A stretch of DNA of 64,000 nucleotides from Octopus vulgaris (Eukaryota): the NCBI GenBank assembly GCA_951406725.2, contig OX597822.1, positions 34,410,001-34,474,000 of the forward strand, given 5' to 3'. Position 1 is the stretch's first letter; every line of letters begins with the position of its first letter. Of the stretch, positions 1 through 15,123 are shown piece after piece. Under the pieces are notes generated by a model. The model had not been told where the DNA came from. It ran no database searches and worked only from the letters and a program-made list of their open reading frames with translations. Made by a program: the position numbers and the translations under genes.

Positions 1-201
1 TGTTCTTGGTAAGATGTTTTTTGTCGAAGATTTTATGATTATATTTGATTATATTTGAATTTTCAAGCGTTTATCTCCTTCGTGAATGCTAGCGACGTCA
101 ATTTTTATCTAATCGCTCCACAAATCAATTTTCATTACCTCTTTTCTAATATATAGTAAATGTACCTGAGTGTGTATGTTATGTAATGTATGTATACATA
201 C

Positions 202-262
<61 letters not shown>

Positions 263-287
263 TACACACACACACACACTTATATAG

Positions 288-557
288 TGGCGGCGCGTGG
301 GTTAGTGGTTAGGGTAATCGGCTCACGATCGTAAAGTCGTGAGTTCGATTCCTGGAAACGCGTTGTATCCTTGAGCAAGACACTCTATTTCACGCCCCTC
401 CAGTCCACTCAGCTGGCAAAAATTAGTTGTACCTGTAATTCAAAAGGCCGGCCTTCGTCGCATTCAACGTCACGCTAAATCTTCTTGAGAACTACATTAA
501 GTGTTCGCGTGTCTGTAGAGGGTCAGTCATTTGCACGTTAATTTCATGTGCAGACTG
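288..557 (+). mobile_element. tRNA-derived SINE, family B (head B + tail X)
   Basis: A box (tgggttagtgg), B box (gagttcgattcc) and a ccttgagcaagacac core. Homologous to 32750-33073. Confidence 0.8.
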
Positions 558-593
558 ATAGAAACACTAGAAAGATTTTCAGTTACTTTGGTT

Positions 594-1004
594 ACTCTAT
601 TACTCTTTTACTTGTTTCAGTCATTTGACTGCGGCCATGCTGGAGCACCGCCTTTAATCGAGCAACTCGACCCCGGGACTTATTCTTTTGTAAGCCCAAT
701 ACTTATTCTATCCGTCTCTTTTGCCGAACCGCTAAGTAACGGGGACATAAATACACCAGCATCGTTTGTCAAGCAATGCTAGGGGGACAAACACAGACAC
801 ACAAACACACACACGCATATATATATATATATACATATATACGACGGGCTTCTTTCAGTTTCCGTCTACCAAATCCACTCACAAGGCTTTGGTCGGCACG
901 AGGCTATAGTAGAAGACACTTGCCCAAGGTGCCACGCAGTGGGACTAAACCCGGAACCATGTGGTTGGTAAACAAGCTACTTACCACACAGCCACTCCTG
1001 CGCC
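594..1004 (-). mobile_element. tRNA-derived SINE, family A (internal CA/TA microsatellite, gagtaaaa-type tail), with a 26-bp TSD
   Basis: Near-identical to many other copies in the window. Flanked by a direct repeat, tagaaagattttc(a/t)gttactttggtt, at 568-593 and 1005-1030. Confidence 0.9.
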
Positions 1005-1693
1005 TAGAAAGATTTTCTGTTACTTTGGTTCTCCAAGTTTTCTATATACTTATTTGGTATTCGTCTTGTGAAGAGAAAAACAATGTATGAGTGGTACAAC
1101 AGTATATTTTTGGTGTATTTGAGATATATGGAGTGTTTCTAGGGGAAAAAGATGTAGAATAAGGAGTGTTAGAGGAAAAAAGAAAAAGAGTGGAAGGAGG
1201 GATGAGAGGATAAGAGGTAGAAAATGAACATTTATATGATCATGGTAAACAGAAGGGATGCCGAAGAAATTTTTCTTGCTTAACAGTTAAATCTATGTAG
1301 AAGCTATTTGAATGGTTCAAGAGGTTATTGGTTTCTATATTATTGTTAGAGTTCATTCAAGCATATATGTAAGCACAGCTGTTGCAACTTAATTTTCTAT
1401 TGGTGTAGCGGTCGTAGATGGTGACACGGGTTGATGGTTTGCGTTGAAAGCTTTGTTGCGTTATATCGGAAGTTTACTGCTGCTTGGTTATATTTAGAGT
1501 AGGAAATTACCAGTTTATTTTTGCCTTTTATTTGAGTTCCTTCAAGCATCTATGTAGATATATGGGCGACGGGGTCGATTTTTATAGGAGCTATATGTTA
1601 AAGGGTTGCCTTTAAACATATCTTATAACCGAAAAAGAATTTTCCAGGAACTGGCTTTGCAGATAAATATAGGAGTTATTATTTCATGTTTAT

Positions 1694-1888
1694 AAAGCGG
1701 TGAGCTGGCAAAGTCGTTACCACGCCGGACAAAATGCTTAGCATTCTGAGATCAAATGCCACCGTGGTCGAATTTGCCTTTCACCCTTTTGGTATCGATA
1801 AATTAAGTACCAGTAAAATACTGAGGTCAATATAATCGACTTACTCCCTTCCACGTAACAAAGTTTTCAGGCCGTGAGCCTATAGTAA
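1694..1888 (+). mobile_element. SINE family C (MetaSINE-like central domain)
   Basis: Head ggtgagctggca...gttaccacgccgg and central gcctttcacccttttggtatcgataaattaagtaccag, which resembles the Meta domain. Many copies in the window. Confidence 0.75.
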
Positions 1889-1952
1889 TGTTGTTTCATG
1901 TATGTATACATATTGAAGCTAATACGAATTTTTCATCGTTAGATTATAGATA

Positions 1953-2815
1953 TACGAGGGGTGCTTAAAAGTAACCGGAAACGTTCTTTGTGGGACAAGC
2001 TCGTTGTAGTTCGAGCTTCCGCCGCTAGAAACCACTTGAGGCAACGCTCAAGCACCAGTCTGCCGATTGGAGTCATCAGCTGAAGTCGTATTTCTACGTG
2101 ATGTGTCTTTGTTTTGTAGTGTTTTTCCCTTGTTCGTCGATTTTTGAGATGCCTGAAACGAAAGAATAACGTGTTTCCGCGAAATTTTGTTTTCTGTTGG
2201 GAAAAACAGCGGCAGAAACAGTTGTCATGCATCAGGCAGCTTACAAGGACGCTGCTATGAGCAAAATACAGGTTTACGAGTGCTTTCCACGTTTTAGGAA
2301 TGGTCACTTGTTGCTTGAAGACCAACCTCGTTCAGGGCGACCGTCGACCTCCCGAACGAATGAAAACATCATGAAAATTCATGAACTGGTCTTCAAGGAT
2401 CATTACTGAACAATTGAGGAACTTGTTGATATAATTGGTGCGTCCTGGAGTTCCTGCCAACGAATTTTGAGCGAAGAATTGCTGCAAAACTCTTCTTCAC
2501 GGAGGATCAAAAGCAGTCACGAGTAAATGCGTGAAAGAACAGTAGCTAGTTGATCCGGACCTTTTTTTCCGAAGATTATCACTGGTGACGAATTTGAGGA
2601 TGTTGAAGAGGTGAAGAAAAAAACGGCGGAGGCATTGAAAGACATCACTTCGCATGAGTTTCTGCACTGCTTGGAACATTGGAAAATGCATCGGGATCGA
2701 TGCATTGCTTCAAATGGAGAATAGTTTGAAGGCGATAAAAGTGTATAAATATGTAAAGATAAGTGAACAAGATAACATTGCAAAATTCCGGGGTTTTTTT
2801 GGGTACCACCTCGTG
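1953..2815 (+). mobile_element. Degenerate, internally deleted mariner (Tc1/mariner) transposon
   Basis: Imperfect TIRs (cgaggggtgcttaaaagtaaccggaa / ttccggggtttttttgggtaccacctcg). Transposase remnants include KTAAET...LEDQPRSGRPSTSRT, KIITGDE and FEDVEEVKKK...DRCIASNGE, with stops, frameshifts and loss of the catalytic middle. Confidence 0.88.
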
Positions 2816-2904
<89 letters not shown>

Positions 2905-3699
2905 GTATATATATATAAATGTATATATATATATATGTGTGTGTGTATGTGTATATACGCCTGTATGTTTGTAAGTACGTTTGCGCACATTTGAGTGTGT
3001 TTGAATTTCACTAATGTGTGCTGAATGTTGTATGAAATATCTAAACATCAGCGAGCAAATTCACCTCTATTAAGTATCTTCACATTTTATTTTCAGCAGA
3101 TGTCCCGGAGTATTTTTTTAAGAATCCTAATTTATTTACTACCGTAAGCTTAACAAGTGCAGGAATGCTGTTTAACACTGATAGGTAAGGGTTGACGAGT
3201 GTTGTACCCCAGTGCTTATTCATCCTCGAGAAATTGAATAAATATAGACTTCTTTGCTATGCTGATAGCCCTAAAGCTCAGTTTCTCATAGTATTACATA
3301 GTATTATGTAATCTATCTGTTTATCTATTTGTATGTTATGCCTACACATACACACACACATATATATATGCATATGCACACGTATATATATAAGTGCATA
3401 TACATACGTATATATATATATTATATGCACATATAAACTAATCTAGTATAGTGGTTTGCCCGTGAGCAGGTTTTCTGCATGTCCAGCGCTCTCTATACGA
3501 TCTGGGAGGACTCGTGCCATTCCCTGTCGACGTTAAGTAGATTATTGTAACGTTGGCTACCAGGACTAGACTTAGGATGAACACGGGAGTAGTTTCCCGT
3601 TGGCTTAACCCAGACAATTGGGATTTGAGCTCAGAATGTAGTGAGCCAGAAGATATACTGTAAAGCATCTCTGTCAATGTGCCAACGACTTTGCTACTA

Positions 3700-3825
3700 T
3701 CTCTCTCACAGAGTAACGTAAAATGAAGTGTTTGCTCAAGAATACAACATGCTTTCTGGTCCGGGAATCGAACCCTCGATATATCAGATCGTGAGTACAA
3801 CACCTTAGCCACTACGCTACCCGTC
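3700..3825 (-). mobile_element. SINE family B, degenerate 5' part
   Basis: aacgtaaaatgaagtgtttgctcaagaatacaac...ccgggaatcgaacc...ccttagccactacgc resembles the head of 4004-4236. Confidence 0.6.
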
Positions 3826-3870
3826 ATCTATGTAAGCACATGTATATATACATACTTATATACCTAACCG

Positions 3871-4003
<133 letters not shown>

Positions 4004-4236
4004 GCGCCCTTTTAAAGCCTAGCCAGGCTCATGGGCCCGGTTTCCCGCTTTCAATGGTGTATGTGTTCCCCAGCAACACGGAACGCCAGTCCATCACAGC
4101 GTTATTCATTTTTGCCAGCTGAGTGGACTGGAGCAACGTGAAATGAAGTGTTTTGCTCAAGAACACAACGCGTCGCCCGAAACCACAATCTTACGATCAT
4201 GATGCTGACACCCTAACCACTAAGCCACGCGCCTTC
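4004..4236 (-). mobile_element. SINE family B with an alternative tail Y (V-SINE-like motif)
   Basis: Same head and core as 288-557, but continues with ctgtgatggactggcgttccgt (reminiscent of the V-SINE domain) and gaaaccgggcccatgagcctggctaggctttaaaagggcgc. Confidence 0.75.
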
Positions 4237-4802
4237 ACGCGCACAGACACACACACACACACATAAATAAATAAATAAATATACATATATATGCATGTAT
4301 GTATGTATGTATGTATGTATGTATGCATCCACAGCTTCAGTACATTATCCCACAAATTGCTGCATTCAACCGCATTAATGAGACATAATTTCTCATAAAT
4401 GGATGGTGATGACAAATACAGAGTGCCTGGTTGAAATATTTCATTGTCAGTATGTTAAATGAAGAAAAGTAAATAAGCGAATTTTCCAAACATGCCTGAT
4501 CATTTGAGAATAAAACTTTATATCTTCATGATATTTAATCGTATTTTTATGTCTGAACACAGACACTGAACATGTAATTAGACCTAGCTTGTTTACATAT
4601 GTATGCGCCAAAGTGATATTTGTGCGTTTTTTTTTTAATATATCTAAGTCTGAACGTTTTGAAAGTGACATTGTACAAAATTGTTGACTTGTAACAATGA
4701 GACATTTTTTTTACTGATATCTTTATAAAGGAGAACTATTAAATATCCTGAAAAATCCTCTGTCGTTCTGAAGGAGAGCTATAGAAAAATTACTTAATAT
4801 AT

Positions 4803-5017
4803 TCTCTCCTCTTTTACTCTTTTACTCTTTTACTTGTTTCAGTCATTTGACTGCGGCCATGCTAGAGTACCGCCTTTAGTCGAGCAAATCGACCCCAGGA
4901 CTTATTCTTTGTAAGCTTAGTACTTATTCTATCGGTTTTTTTTTGCCGAACCGCTAAGTTATGGGGACGTAAACACACCAGCATCGGTTGTCAAGCGATG
5001 TTGGCGGGACAACCACA

Positions 5018-5070
<53 letters not shown>

Positions 5071-5250
5071 GTGCATATATACAACGGGCTTCTTTCAGTT
5101 TCCGTCTACCAAATCCACTCACAAGGCTTTGGTCGGCCCGAGGCTATAGTAGAAGACACATGACCAAGGTGCCATGCAATGGGACTGAACCCGGAACCAT
5201 GTGGTTAGTAAGCAAAGCAAGCTACTTACCACATAGCCACTCCTATGCCT
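4803..5250 (-). mobile_element. SINE family A, full length
   Basis: Colinear with 594-1004. Confidence 0.9.
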
Positions 5251-5859
5251 CTCTAGTAAATCATTCTATAATGAATCATTCCTTATTCGTTTTCACTTAA
5301 AACGATCGATATGATATTAAAATTCTACTGAAGTTATTCATTTATTACTAAATCCATTTTAAGTTGTTTATTCATACGGAAACCACTCAAATAAGTTTAA
5401 ATGCCGAAAACAAGGATACAGACAAAAGGTGAAGGTCTATGCATGCGGGAACACGCCCTCTCTTGAGATTTTCAATGGATACGAGCCTTATTGATTTACA
5501 TAATTTTGCATTTGTGGGAAGAAGAACGTCATAGCATGGCCATTTGTTTGGTCTTAAAACTATGTTTTTTCTATTATATGGACAAGGACTGACATTTTGT
5601 GGGAAGAAGTTAGTCAAGTATATTGGCTTCAGTGCTCGGCTGGTACTCATTTTATCGATCCGAAAGGATGAAAGTCAACGTCGATTTTGATGATATTTGA
5701 ATTGAGAACGTAAGCATTTTGTGAGGCGTGCTAACGGTTCGGTCTGACTGCCGACTCTGTTTTGAGTCCAAAATAGCAAATAAAATTAAAATGAAGAACC
5801 ATGTTTCCACATATTGCGGAATAAAAGCAAATTTATTACATAGAATAATAGCAATAATT

Positions 5860-5951
5860 AATAACAACAACAACAGCAGCAATAACAACATTGAAAGAAA
5901 TCGTTATAACGGTAACAACAGAGGTAATAACTACAATGGCAACGATAAACC

Positions 5952-6005
<54 letters not shown>

Positions 6006-6180
6006 TAATAATAATAACAAAAATGATAACAGAGACAATAGTCGTGGTAGTCGTAGCAGTAATGCTGATATAACTTTATAGATAATGAAGATGACGATGA
6101 TATGATTAAGATGATAATGATGATGGTGATGATGATGATGATGATGATGACGATGATGATGATCAGAAGGATGACGACGA
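5860..6180. repeat. Compound (AAC)/(AAT)/(GAT) trinucleotide microsatellite
   Basis: Directly visible. It produces the Asn/Ile/Asp-rich pseudo-ORFs. Confidence 0.9.
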
Positions 6181-6447
6181 CAAAGATGTCAACAACGAGA
6201 CGCTGGAGACTTGTTTCATTGGACACCAGGACATTTTCGTAGGCGATCGATTGCAACAATTATTTTTTGATTAAATGATATTTTACATGTCTTCTTTTAA
6301 ACTTGGAAGCGTTGAGAGGATATGTAGGTGGTGGTGAGAGTTTTCTTTTTACTTTGAAGATGGTTAGTACCGCAAATTAGCTGCGATTTACTTGATTCAG
6401 AGGTCAAATAATAATAATAATAGTAATAATAATAATAATGATAATAA

Positions 6448-6479
<32 letters not shown>

Positions 6480-6734
6480 ATAATAATAATAATAGTAATA
6501 ATGGTAGTTTCAAATTTTGCCACAATGGCAGCAATGTTGGGGAAGGGGACGAATCACGTACTACATCCCCAGTGTTCAACTGGTACTTGTTTTATCGACC
6601 CCAAAATGATGAAAAGTAAAGTCGACCCCGGCGGAATTTGAACTCAGAACGTGAAGAAGGTCGAAATGCCGCTAGGCATTTTGTCCGGCGTGCTAACGAT
6701 TCTGACAACTTGCCGCCTTAATAATAATAATAAC

Positions 6735-6776
<42 letters not shown>

Positions 6777-6800
6777 CATAATAATAATAATAATAATAAT

Positions 6801-7070
6801 AAAGTCTGGAAGTACCAAGACCGTGAACTGGAAGTGAAAAAACTCTTTATAGCCTCAAAAGCTAGTGTGGTACCTATTGTGATCGGTGCATTTGGGACCA
6901 TCTGAAGGGGAGTAATATTCTGGTATCAAAAGCTGCAAATACCAAACTTCACAGGAAGTATTCAGTTGGCAGCAATGCTTGGAAGAGCTCATGTGTTGAG
7001 AAAAGTGTTGCGCCTCTAAGCTGAGTGATGACGCTGAGATGTTACATAAATAAAACTGAAGCTAAGTGAA
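6801..7070 (+). mobile_element. 3' end of an R4/Dong-like non-LTR retrotransposon (restriction-like endonuclease C-terminus)
   Basis: Translates to KVWKYQDRELEVKKL...VVPIVIGAFGTI*...IQLAAMLGRAHVLRKVL*. Flanked on both sides by (AAT)n, the known Dong target. Confidence 0.8.
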
Positions 7071-7567
7071 TAATAATAATGATAATAGTAATAATAAAAA
7101 TAACTCTTTCTACTCTAAGCACGAGACCTGAAATTTGTTGGAAGGAAGGGTGCTATTCGATTTTATCGACCTCAGTACTTGATTGGCGCTTCTTTTATCG
7201 ACGCCGAAAGGCAAAGACGACCTTGGAGGAACATGAAATCAGAACCTATGAAATACCACTAAGCATTTCCTCCGGTGCGCTACCGATTCTGCTAGCTAGC
7301 TGCCTTATTAATAATCCTTTCTACTATAGGCACAAGGCCTGAAATTTGGGAGAGTAGGATAGTCGATTACATCGACCCCAATACTCAACTGGTACTTAAG
7401 TTATCGACCCCGAAAGGATGAAAAGCAAAGTCGATCTCAGCGGAATTCGAACTCAGAACGAAGCGGTAGACGAAATACTGCTAAGCATTTCGCCCGCCGT
7501 GCTAACGATTCTGCCAGTTCTCCGCTTTCTGCCTTATTAACAATAACAATGAGAATAACAATAAAAA

Positions 7568-8067
7568 TATAAACGCAAACACGACTGTGTTGTCAAGATA
7601 TTACACTGGAACATATTTCGCCAAGAGGATTTTGATGCAAGCAGAAAATGTTAACAGCAGCAAACGGAGAGAATAATCAGTTCAAGATCTTATGGAACTT
7701 TACTGTACAAACTGACCATAGGTATTTAACGAGACATTATGGTTCTGGACAAGATGTCAAAAACATGCATCATAATAAACGTGGCTGTGTCTGCCAATAA
7801 TAATATTGCGCTTAAAGTACAGGAAATAATAAGAAAAAAAGACTTCACAAAAGAAGGGCAAAGATTGTGGAGGGTTTCTGAAAAGGTAATCTCAGTAGCC
7901 ATAGGTCGGTAGGTACTGTTATCAGCAGACTATTAAAGCTATTCTTGTAATGGTAGAGCACTGGGATATATCCTAAAAAAATTGTTAACGTTTCCTAGAT
8001 CAACCAATAAATGATGTCAGGTGAAGCCTTGAAGGAAAATTCAGCACATTTTAGAAATTGTAGGAAG

Positions 8068-8070
<3 letters not shown>
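7568..8070 (+). mobile_element. Degenerate R4/Dong-like endonuclease region
   Basis: Translates to YKRKHDCVVKILHWN...ENNQFKILWNFTVQTDH...DIMVLDKMSKTCIIINVAV, followed by (AAT)n. Confidence 0.7.
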
Positions 8071-8126
<56 letters not shown>

Positions 8127-8893
8127 TAATAATAACCCTTTCTATAATAGGCACAAGGCCTGAAATTTTGTGGGGAGAGGACTAGTTGATTACAAAGACA
8201 TCAGTGTTTCACTGGTACTTAATTTTTCGACGCCGAAAGGATGAAAGGCAAAATTGACTTCGGTGGAATTTGAACTCAGAACGTAAAGACGGATGGAATG
8301 CCGCTAAGCATTTTACCCGGCGTGCTAATGATTCTGTCTGCTCACCGTCTTCATAATAATAATAATAATAATAATAATCCTTTCTATTATGGGCGCAAGG
8401 TCTGAAATTTTGTGGGAGGAGACTAGTCGATTGCATCGACCCCAGTGTTTCACTGGTACTCAATTTATCGACTCCGAAAGGATGAAAAGCAAAGTCGATC
8501 ACGGCGGATTTTGAACTCAAAGCGTAACGGCATACGTAATACCGCTAAACTCCTCGCCCGGAGTGCTAACAATTCTGCCAGCTCGCCGCCTTCTTCTCAC
8601 TAATAATGATAACAATAATAATAATAATAATAATTGATATCTTGAAAATTCCTTAATACTTAATACATTTTTTATATTCTCAAAGCTAGATACTAGTTGT
8701 GTAAATGGACTGAGGTAATCCTCCTTATATATATATAGAAGAATAGGATGAAGAATCGATTACCCTTGCGGAAAAATATTGCTTGAATGTTTTGCTTTTA
8801 TAACTTTGCCTCTACATTTAATTTTTGCAATATTACAGGGACTCTAAAGCGGCGTTAGCACGCAGGGTAAACTGCTGAGCGGTATCTCGTCCG

Positions 8894-9160
8894 ATGAAAA
8901 AGGAAGCAGTAGTACCAATAATTGTCGGAGCCCTGGGAACAGTGAGCAGAAATCTCGAAAAGTACGTGGAATAAATAGGGGCTGCAATAAGGGTGGAACA
9001 CTTGCAGAAAACAGCACTACTTGGAACCGCTCGAATACTCAGGAAGGTCCTCGAAAAATAAGAGGTGTTACCTTAGTTCACTGGTAGTGAACAGCTGACA
9101 CTGTAGTACATCTCCACCATTAGAAGCTGTGCAACGGCAATTATAATAATAATAATAATC
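8894..9160 (+). mobile_element. 3' end of a third R4/Dong-like element
   Basis: Translates to MKKEAVVPIIVGALGTVSRNLEKYVE*IGAAIRVEHLQKTALLGTARILRKVLEK*, then a short 3'UTR and an (AAT)n tail. Confidence 0.8.
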
Positions 9161-9677
9161 CATTTTACTATAGGCACAAGGCCAGTAATTTGGAGGAGGA
9201 GCCTCGTCGATTACATCGACACCAGTGCTCCACTGGTACTTATTTCATCGACCTCTCAGCAGGTATTTGTTGTCTTAATCATAAAAATAATAATAATAAT
9301 AACGAAAATAATGTTAGCTTCAAATTTAGGAGCAAAATCACAATATAGTCTAATTACCTTACTACGTCGCAAAGTAATTAATTACACAATAGAATTAATT
9401 ACACATTATAGAAGTAACGTGAAATTCCATAGCGTTTAAATTATAGAATTAACATTGGAATTAATACGGATATTAATATCATTAAGTATTCTTAATGATA
9501 TTATTCTGATATCATTAAATATTAGGCTGATATCCTAATAATTGTTATATGTAGTTCAAGAACATTTTTAAAACTGCAACACAGCTTTTGCCACCTTGAG
9601 ATCCCATATTATATTCCATAGCTTCCTTTATTCTTCCACTAATACCGTCTCTTTCTCTTTCTCTCTCTCCCTCTCTC

Positions 9678-9710
<33 letters not shown>

Positions 9711-10322
9711 CCTCTCTCCTCTCTCTAACTAACTAATGTTTTTCTCAGACCAGAGGATTTTTCCGAAGTTTATCAATAACTTGCAAAGCAACATTATTAG
9801 GAATATGCTGCATTGTCAGCAGTCTAGGTATTGCTTAACAATTTTCTAAAATGCTCTATCGATCTGGATTTGTTAAAAGCGTTTGACGCATTAAAAAAAT
9901 CTTATAGCCGTATTGTATAACTAACAACTAAAAATGTTATTGTGAAAAGGTCGTAGAGAAAATACAGTAATTAAACAATGAACTACGTATGTAATAAGGG
10001 TTTGATTCTCGGTTGAACCGTCATTACTTCTCATACCTGAAAAATTTCCAGCTTTAGTAAAAATCCTAGATAGGAATGGATTTTGGCAAAATGGATTTTT
10101 CCAGCAGAACTTTCTCAGAACACACAAATGCACATGTATTAAACGCGGATAAAGTCGTCATGTGTTAATGTGTATTAACATTTTTGAAGACTAATCTATG
10201 CATATACATATAGAAGAATAGGATGAAGAATCGATTACCCTTACGTAAAAAAAAAAGTGCTTGGGTGTTTTACTTTTATAACTTTGCTTCTACCTTTAAT
10301 TTTTGCAATATTACAGGGATTC

Positions 10323-11140
10323 TAAAGCGGCGTTAGCGCGCAGAGTAAAATGCTTAGCGGTATCTCGTCCGTCTTTATGTTCTGGATTCAATTCCGCTGA
10401 GGTTGACTTTGCCTTTCATCCTTTAGATGTAATCTACCTACCTTGCCCCATAACTATTGACTATGTGCCAAAATTTGAAATCAAAATTACAGAATTACCA
10501 CAGCCCACTTGCACAACCGGTATCTAGCTTTGAGAATATAAAAAATGTAGTAAGTATTAAAGAATTTTCAAGATATCAAATATAACCATATATATGTCCG
10601 CTCTACGATATACAACATGTTTATAACCAAAATAAAGAATGAATATTCCTTTGGATGAGATATCTGATATCCTTGAGCAACAAATAAAAGTACTTAAGTA
10701 TTACGAGAAAAGAAATTTAGTGGAAAGTAGTTTGCCAGCACATGGCAGATATTCTAATTTATCGACTGGCGGAAGATGGAAAGCAAAGTTGACGTCAGTG
10801 GGTTTTGAACTCAAAACGAACAGAAACGGAATAAATTCCACGAAGCCTTTAGTCCGATGTTCTAACGATTCTGCAACCCCAACGCCCATATGATACAACT
10901 AAATGATAATTATTGATTGGTTAAAGACACCCGACCTGTATGCTGATTTCAAATTTTGGCACAATACTAACAATTTGGTGGGATGGAATAACATCGACCC
11001 CAGTGTTAAACTAGTAATTTTTCTTTATCGACTCCCGAAAGGCAATGTCGAGCTCGGTGGAATTTGAACCAAGAACGCGAAGACGGACGGAAGGCCGTTA
11101 AATATTTTGCCTGGCGTGCAAACGATTCTGCCAATAAGCC
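10323..11140. mobile_element. Three degenerate family C SINE copies (10323-10485 +, about 10720-10890 -, about 10945-11140 -)
   Basis: Contain the gactttgcctttcatcc, tttatcgac...gaactcaaaacg and aacgattctgcc motifs. Confidence 0.65.
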
Positions 11141-11564
11141 ATTTTACCCAACCTGTATGTTAGTCTCATTTATAATCTAAAGTAGCTTAAATCCCTTTCA
11201 CAATTATACTGTTGCGACTGTACATATTTTAAACGTGTAAAACTAATAGAGTAGTAACACCATTAATACTTCGCGTCAGTATTAATGTCTTAACTACACA
11301 GTTATGATCGGATAGTTGTTTGGCTTGAGATCTTCCATGATCGAGTTTAAATATGAATAAAAGTATTCCGGCCGTGATCACCTCGTCCTTTTAGGAGACA
11401 TCTAGAACTACACTATCTAATATTTAATCCCCAATATATATTTTTTATTGCTAAGCCAAATGAAAAAGCGGAGCAAAGAGGGTCAACTGGTGTTGTTTAT
11501 ACAAGTCATTTATTAAACCATCCCCCGAGAATCAGGAATATCTTCTACAACAACATTCAGTATC

Positions 11565-12882
<1,318 letters not shown>

Positions 12883-15068
12883 ATTGACACTACAAAGTTT
12901 CAGTCAATCTGAAAGCATGATACAAACTATTGATCCCAGGCGCATCGTTTCTCTGTAGAATTTCCTGTTAGTCATAAGTCCTTTTAGCTTTTTTCCGCAA
13001 ACGTCTGCTCTCTGGAGTTCATTACCAACGTCTTGTTTTCCTCTGGTCTTCTCCTTTAAGCTTTTTGTTAATCCACATCCTTTGAATTTGTAGGCTCCTT
13101 CCTTTCCTTTCTTATTTGTAGTCCCTTATGATACAGTAGCTGACTCTTTGTTCTCGAGAACACAATATACCGCTTGGCCCGGGAACCGAAATATCGACAC
13201 CGAGATTATAAATCCAGCTCCCAAACCATTATACCATATGTCTCAACAAAGAAATATCTATGTTTCCTTCATTATAATGGCTCGTTATCTGAACCAAGAA
13301 ACCAATATATGGTGTTTGTATACCAATTAAAACAACGTCCAAATCAATTTCAAATCACAATTTCTCTTAAAAGAAGGACCAGTTGGATAATAATGTTTTA
13401 GATTGTATACACCTTGCTTAACCGAAGACGAGATGCTTGTAGCTGGAACGCCTTTAGTTTTATCGTGGATTTGCTAGCTCTGGGATAACCTGGAGCTCAA
13501 GAACGACAGAAAGAAGAACAATAACAAAAACTACAGCAATAGTGACGACAAACACTGCAACAACTAAATAATTCACAAAAAATATTAAAATTTAGCTGTG
13601 AAACGCACCGAAATATTTATAATATATTAATAGCTATTGGTATGATGTTTATTTGGAGCTAAGTGGGAAATCTGAAAGTTTAGCACCTTCCCAAAGAAAC
13701 ACCATTGGCAGCTAAACCTTTGTTCGTGGAAAGCCAATGATGAAACCTCTGTGTGGTTGCATGATGTATAAGAATAGAAGAAATAGCAACCTAAACTCTT
13801 TAAATTACAAAATAATGTCTTTAAAACGGTGAAAAGTTGGGTAATATGATCCTAGTTATTTCCTGGTGGAAAATAAAAAAAAAGAAAAGAAAAGAAAAAT
13901 TCAAGATGGATGGTCACAGTTGGAATTACTGGTTATGATATATCTGCTTGATCAGGCTAATACGGTTTAGCTATAAGGTGATTATTTGATAGAGAATTCA
14001 AAGCTGTTGAATAAAATACCTCATGATATTTGCCCCAACCCTCTACTCTCTAAATTCACACTCAGCGGAGATCAATTTTGCCTTTCATCCTCTCGGTCTC
14101 AATAAAAAAATATAAATAAAAATCGATAGGTTAGCAAATATAAGGACTTCAGAATGGTTGTTTTGCGATATTTGCTCTAGCTCTTTGCATTCTAATTTCA
14201 AACTCCTTCCTGGCCTACTTGAATGGTAGATGTATTTTTGTCGTCAGGTTTAACACCATCACATTTGGTACTCCTAGCGAGGACCAGTAGACATTCTGTG
14301 GTAGGCATTCCGACCAGATTTCAAGTTTAACGCTACCTTTCTTGTCTTGGTGCTAGCAGTCTCAGAGGCCCCGAAAAGGGTCATGATATTCTGCTGTCTC
14401 TTCTGATCGAAAGAAAAAAAAAACTAATAAAACATTAACTTTTTCTTTAGTTTACCATTTTATCAACAAAACCAGTTCCTACTACTGAAAATGAATTATT
14501 ATCGTTACGCGGTGCCGACGATTCCAAAGGAGGATGAAATAGTACTATACATGGCTACCAGCCACTAACAATTTAAAGAATTTTATTTTCGTTTATGTAA
14601 AAGAACAATTAAAAATCAAATATTTCTTTTCTTCAACTTAACTTAGTTTAACATTATCTCCCTTTTAATGAAAACTCTCCACCAAATGCAACCTACGTGT
14701 TTAATTATTATTGTTCCTACACTATTTTGTATTTATCCATTACCTTAATTTTGCTCCAACTGTTCAGTTATATGACATATATCACCGGCTTCCTATTTTA
14801 AAAAGTATCTCTTACTCTCACCATTTCAGATATTTAATCTCATCTGTATTTTGTAACAATGAATGTTGATTTGTTTCTTAGGAATAAGAAAGTACGTAAT
14901 GATCTTTCAGAATTCCCGGTTCAGCAGGATCCAATTAGCAGCACTCATTATGGATCCTTGCCAAAATTATGAATCCTCAGTTATAAGTAAATAGCCTCAT
15001 TGTCTTATTATGAAAAATCTCGAAATTTTGTGCGTGCGTGTGTATATGTTACACACACACACACCCAC

Positions 15069-15123
<55 letters not shown>

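Larger units (their letters stand above)
5625..9260 (-). mobile_element. Cluster of family C (MetaSINE-like) copies embedded in (AAT)n, at about 5625-5757, 6505-6719, 7100-7306, 7315-7535, 8135-8352, 8378-8592 and 9160-9255
   Basis: Repeated unit cctttctactataggcacaaggcctgaaattt...ctggtact...tttatcgaccccgaaaggatgaaa...gaactcagaacg...gtgctaacgattctgcc...cgcctt, separated by aat tracts. Confidence 0.85.

Noticed and set aside
776-1090. Recurrent peptide RRASFSFRLPNPLTRLWSARGYSRRHLPKVPRSGT in many ORFs
   Set aside because: It is the antisense translation of the family A SINE, not a protein family.
5728-6259. Asn-rich, Ile-rich and Tyr-rich ORFs
   Set aside because: They come from (AAT)/(GAT) microsatellite, with no splice or codon evidence.
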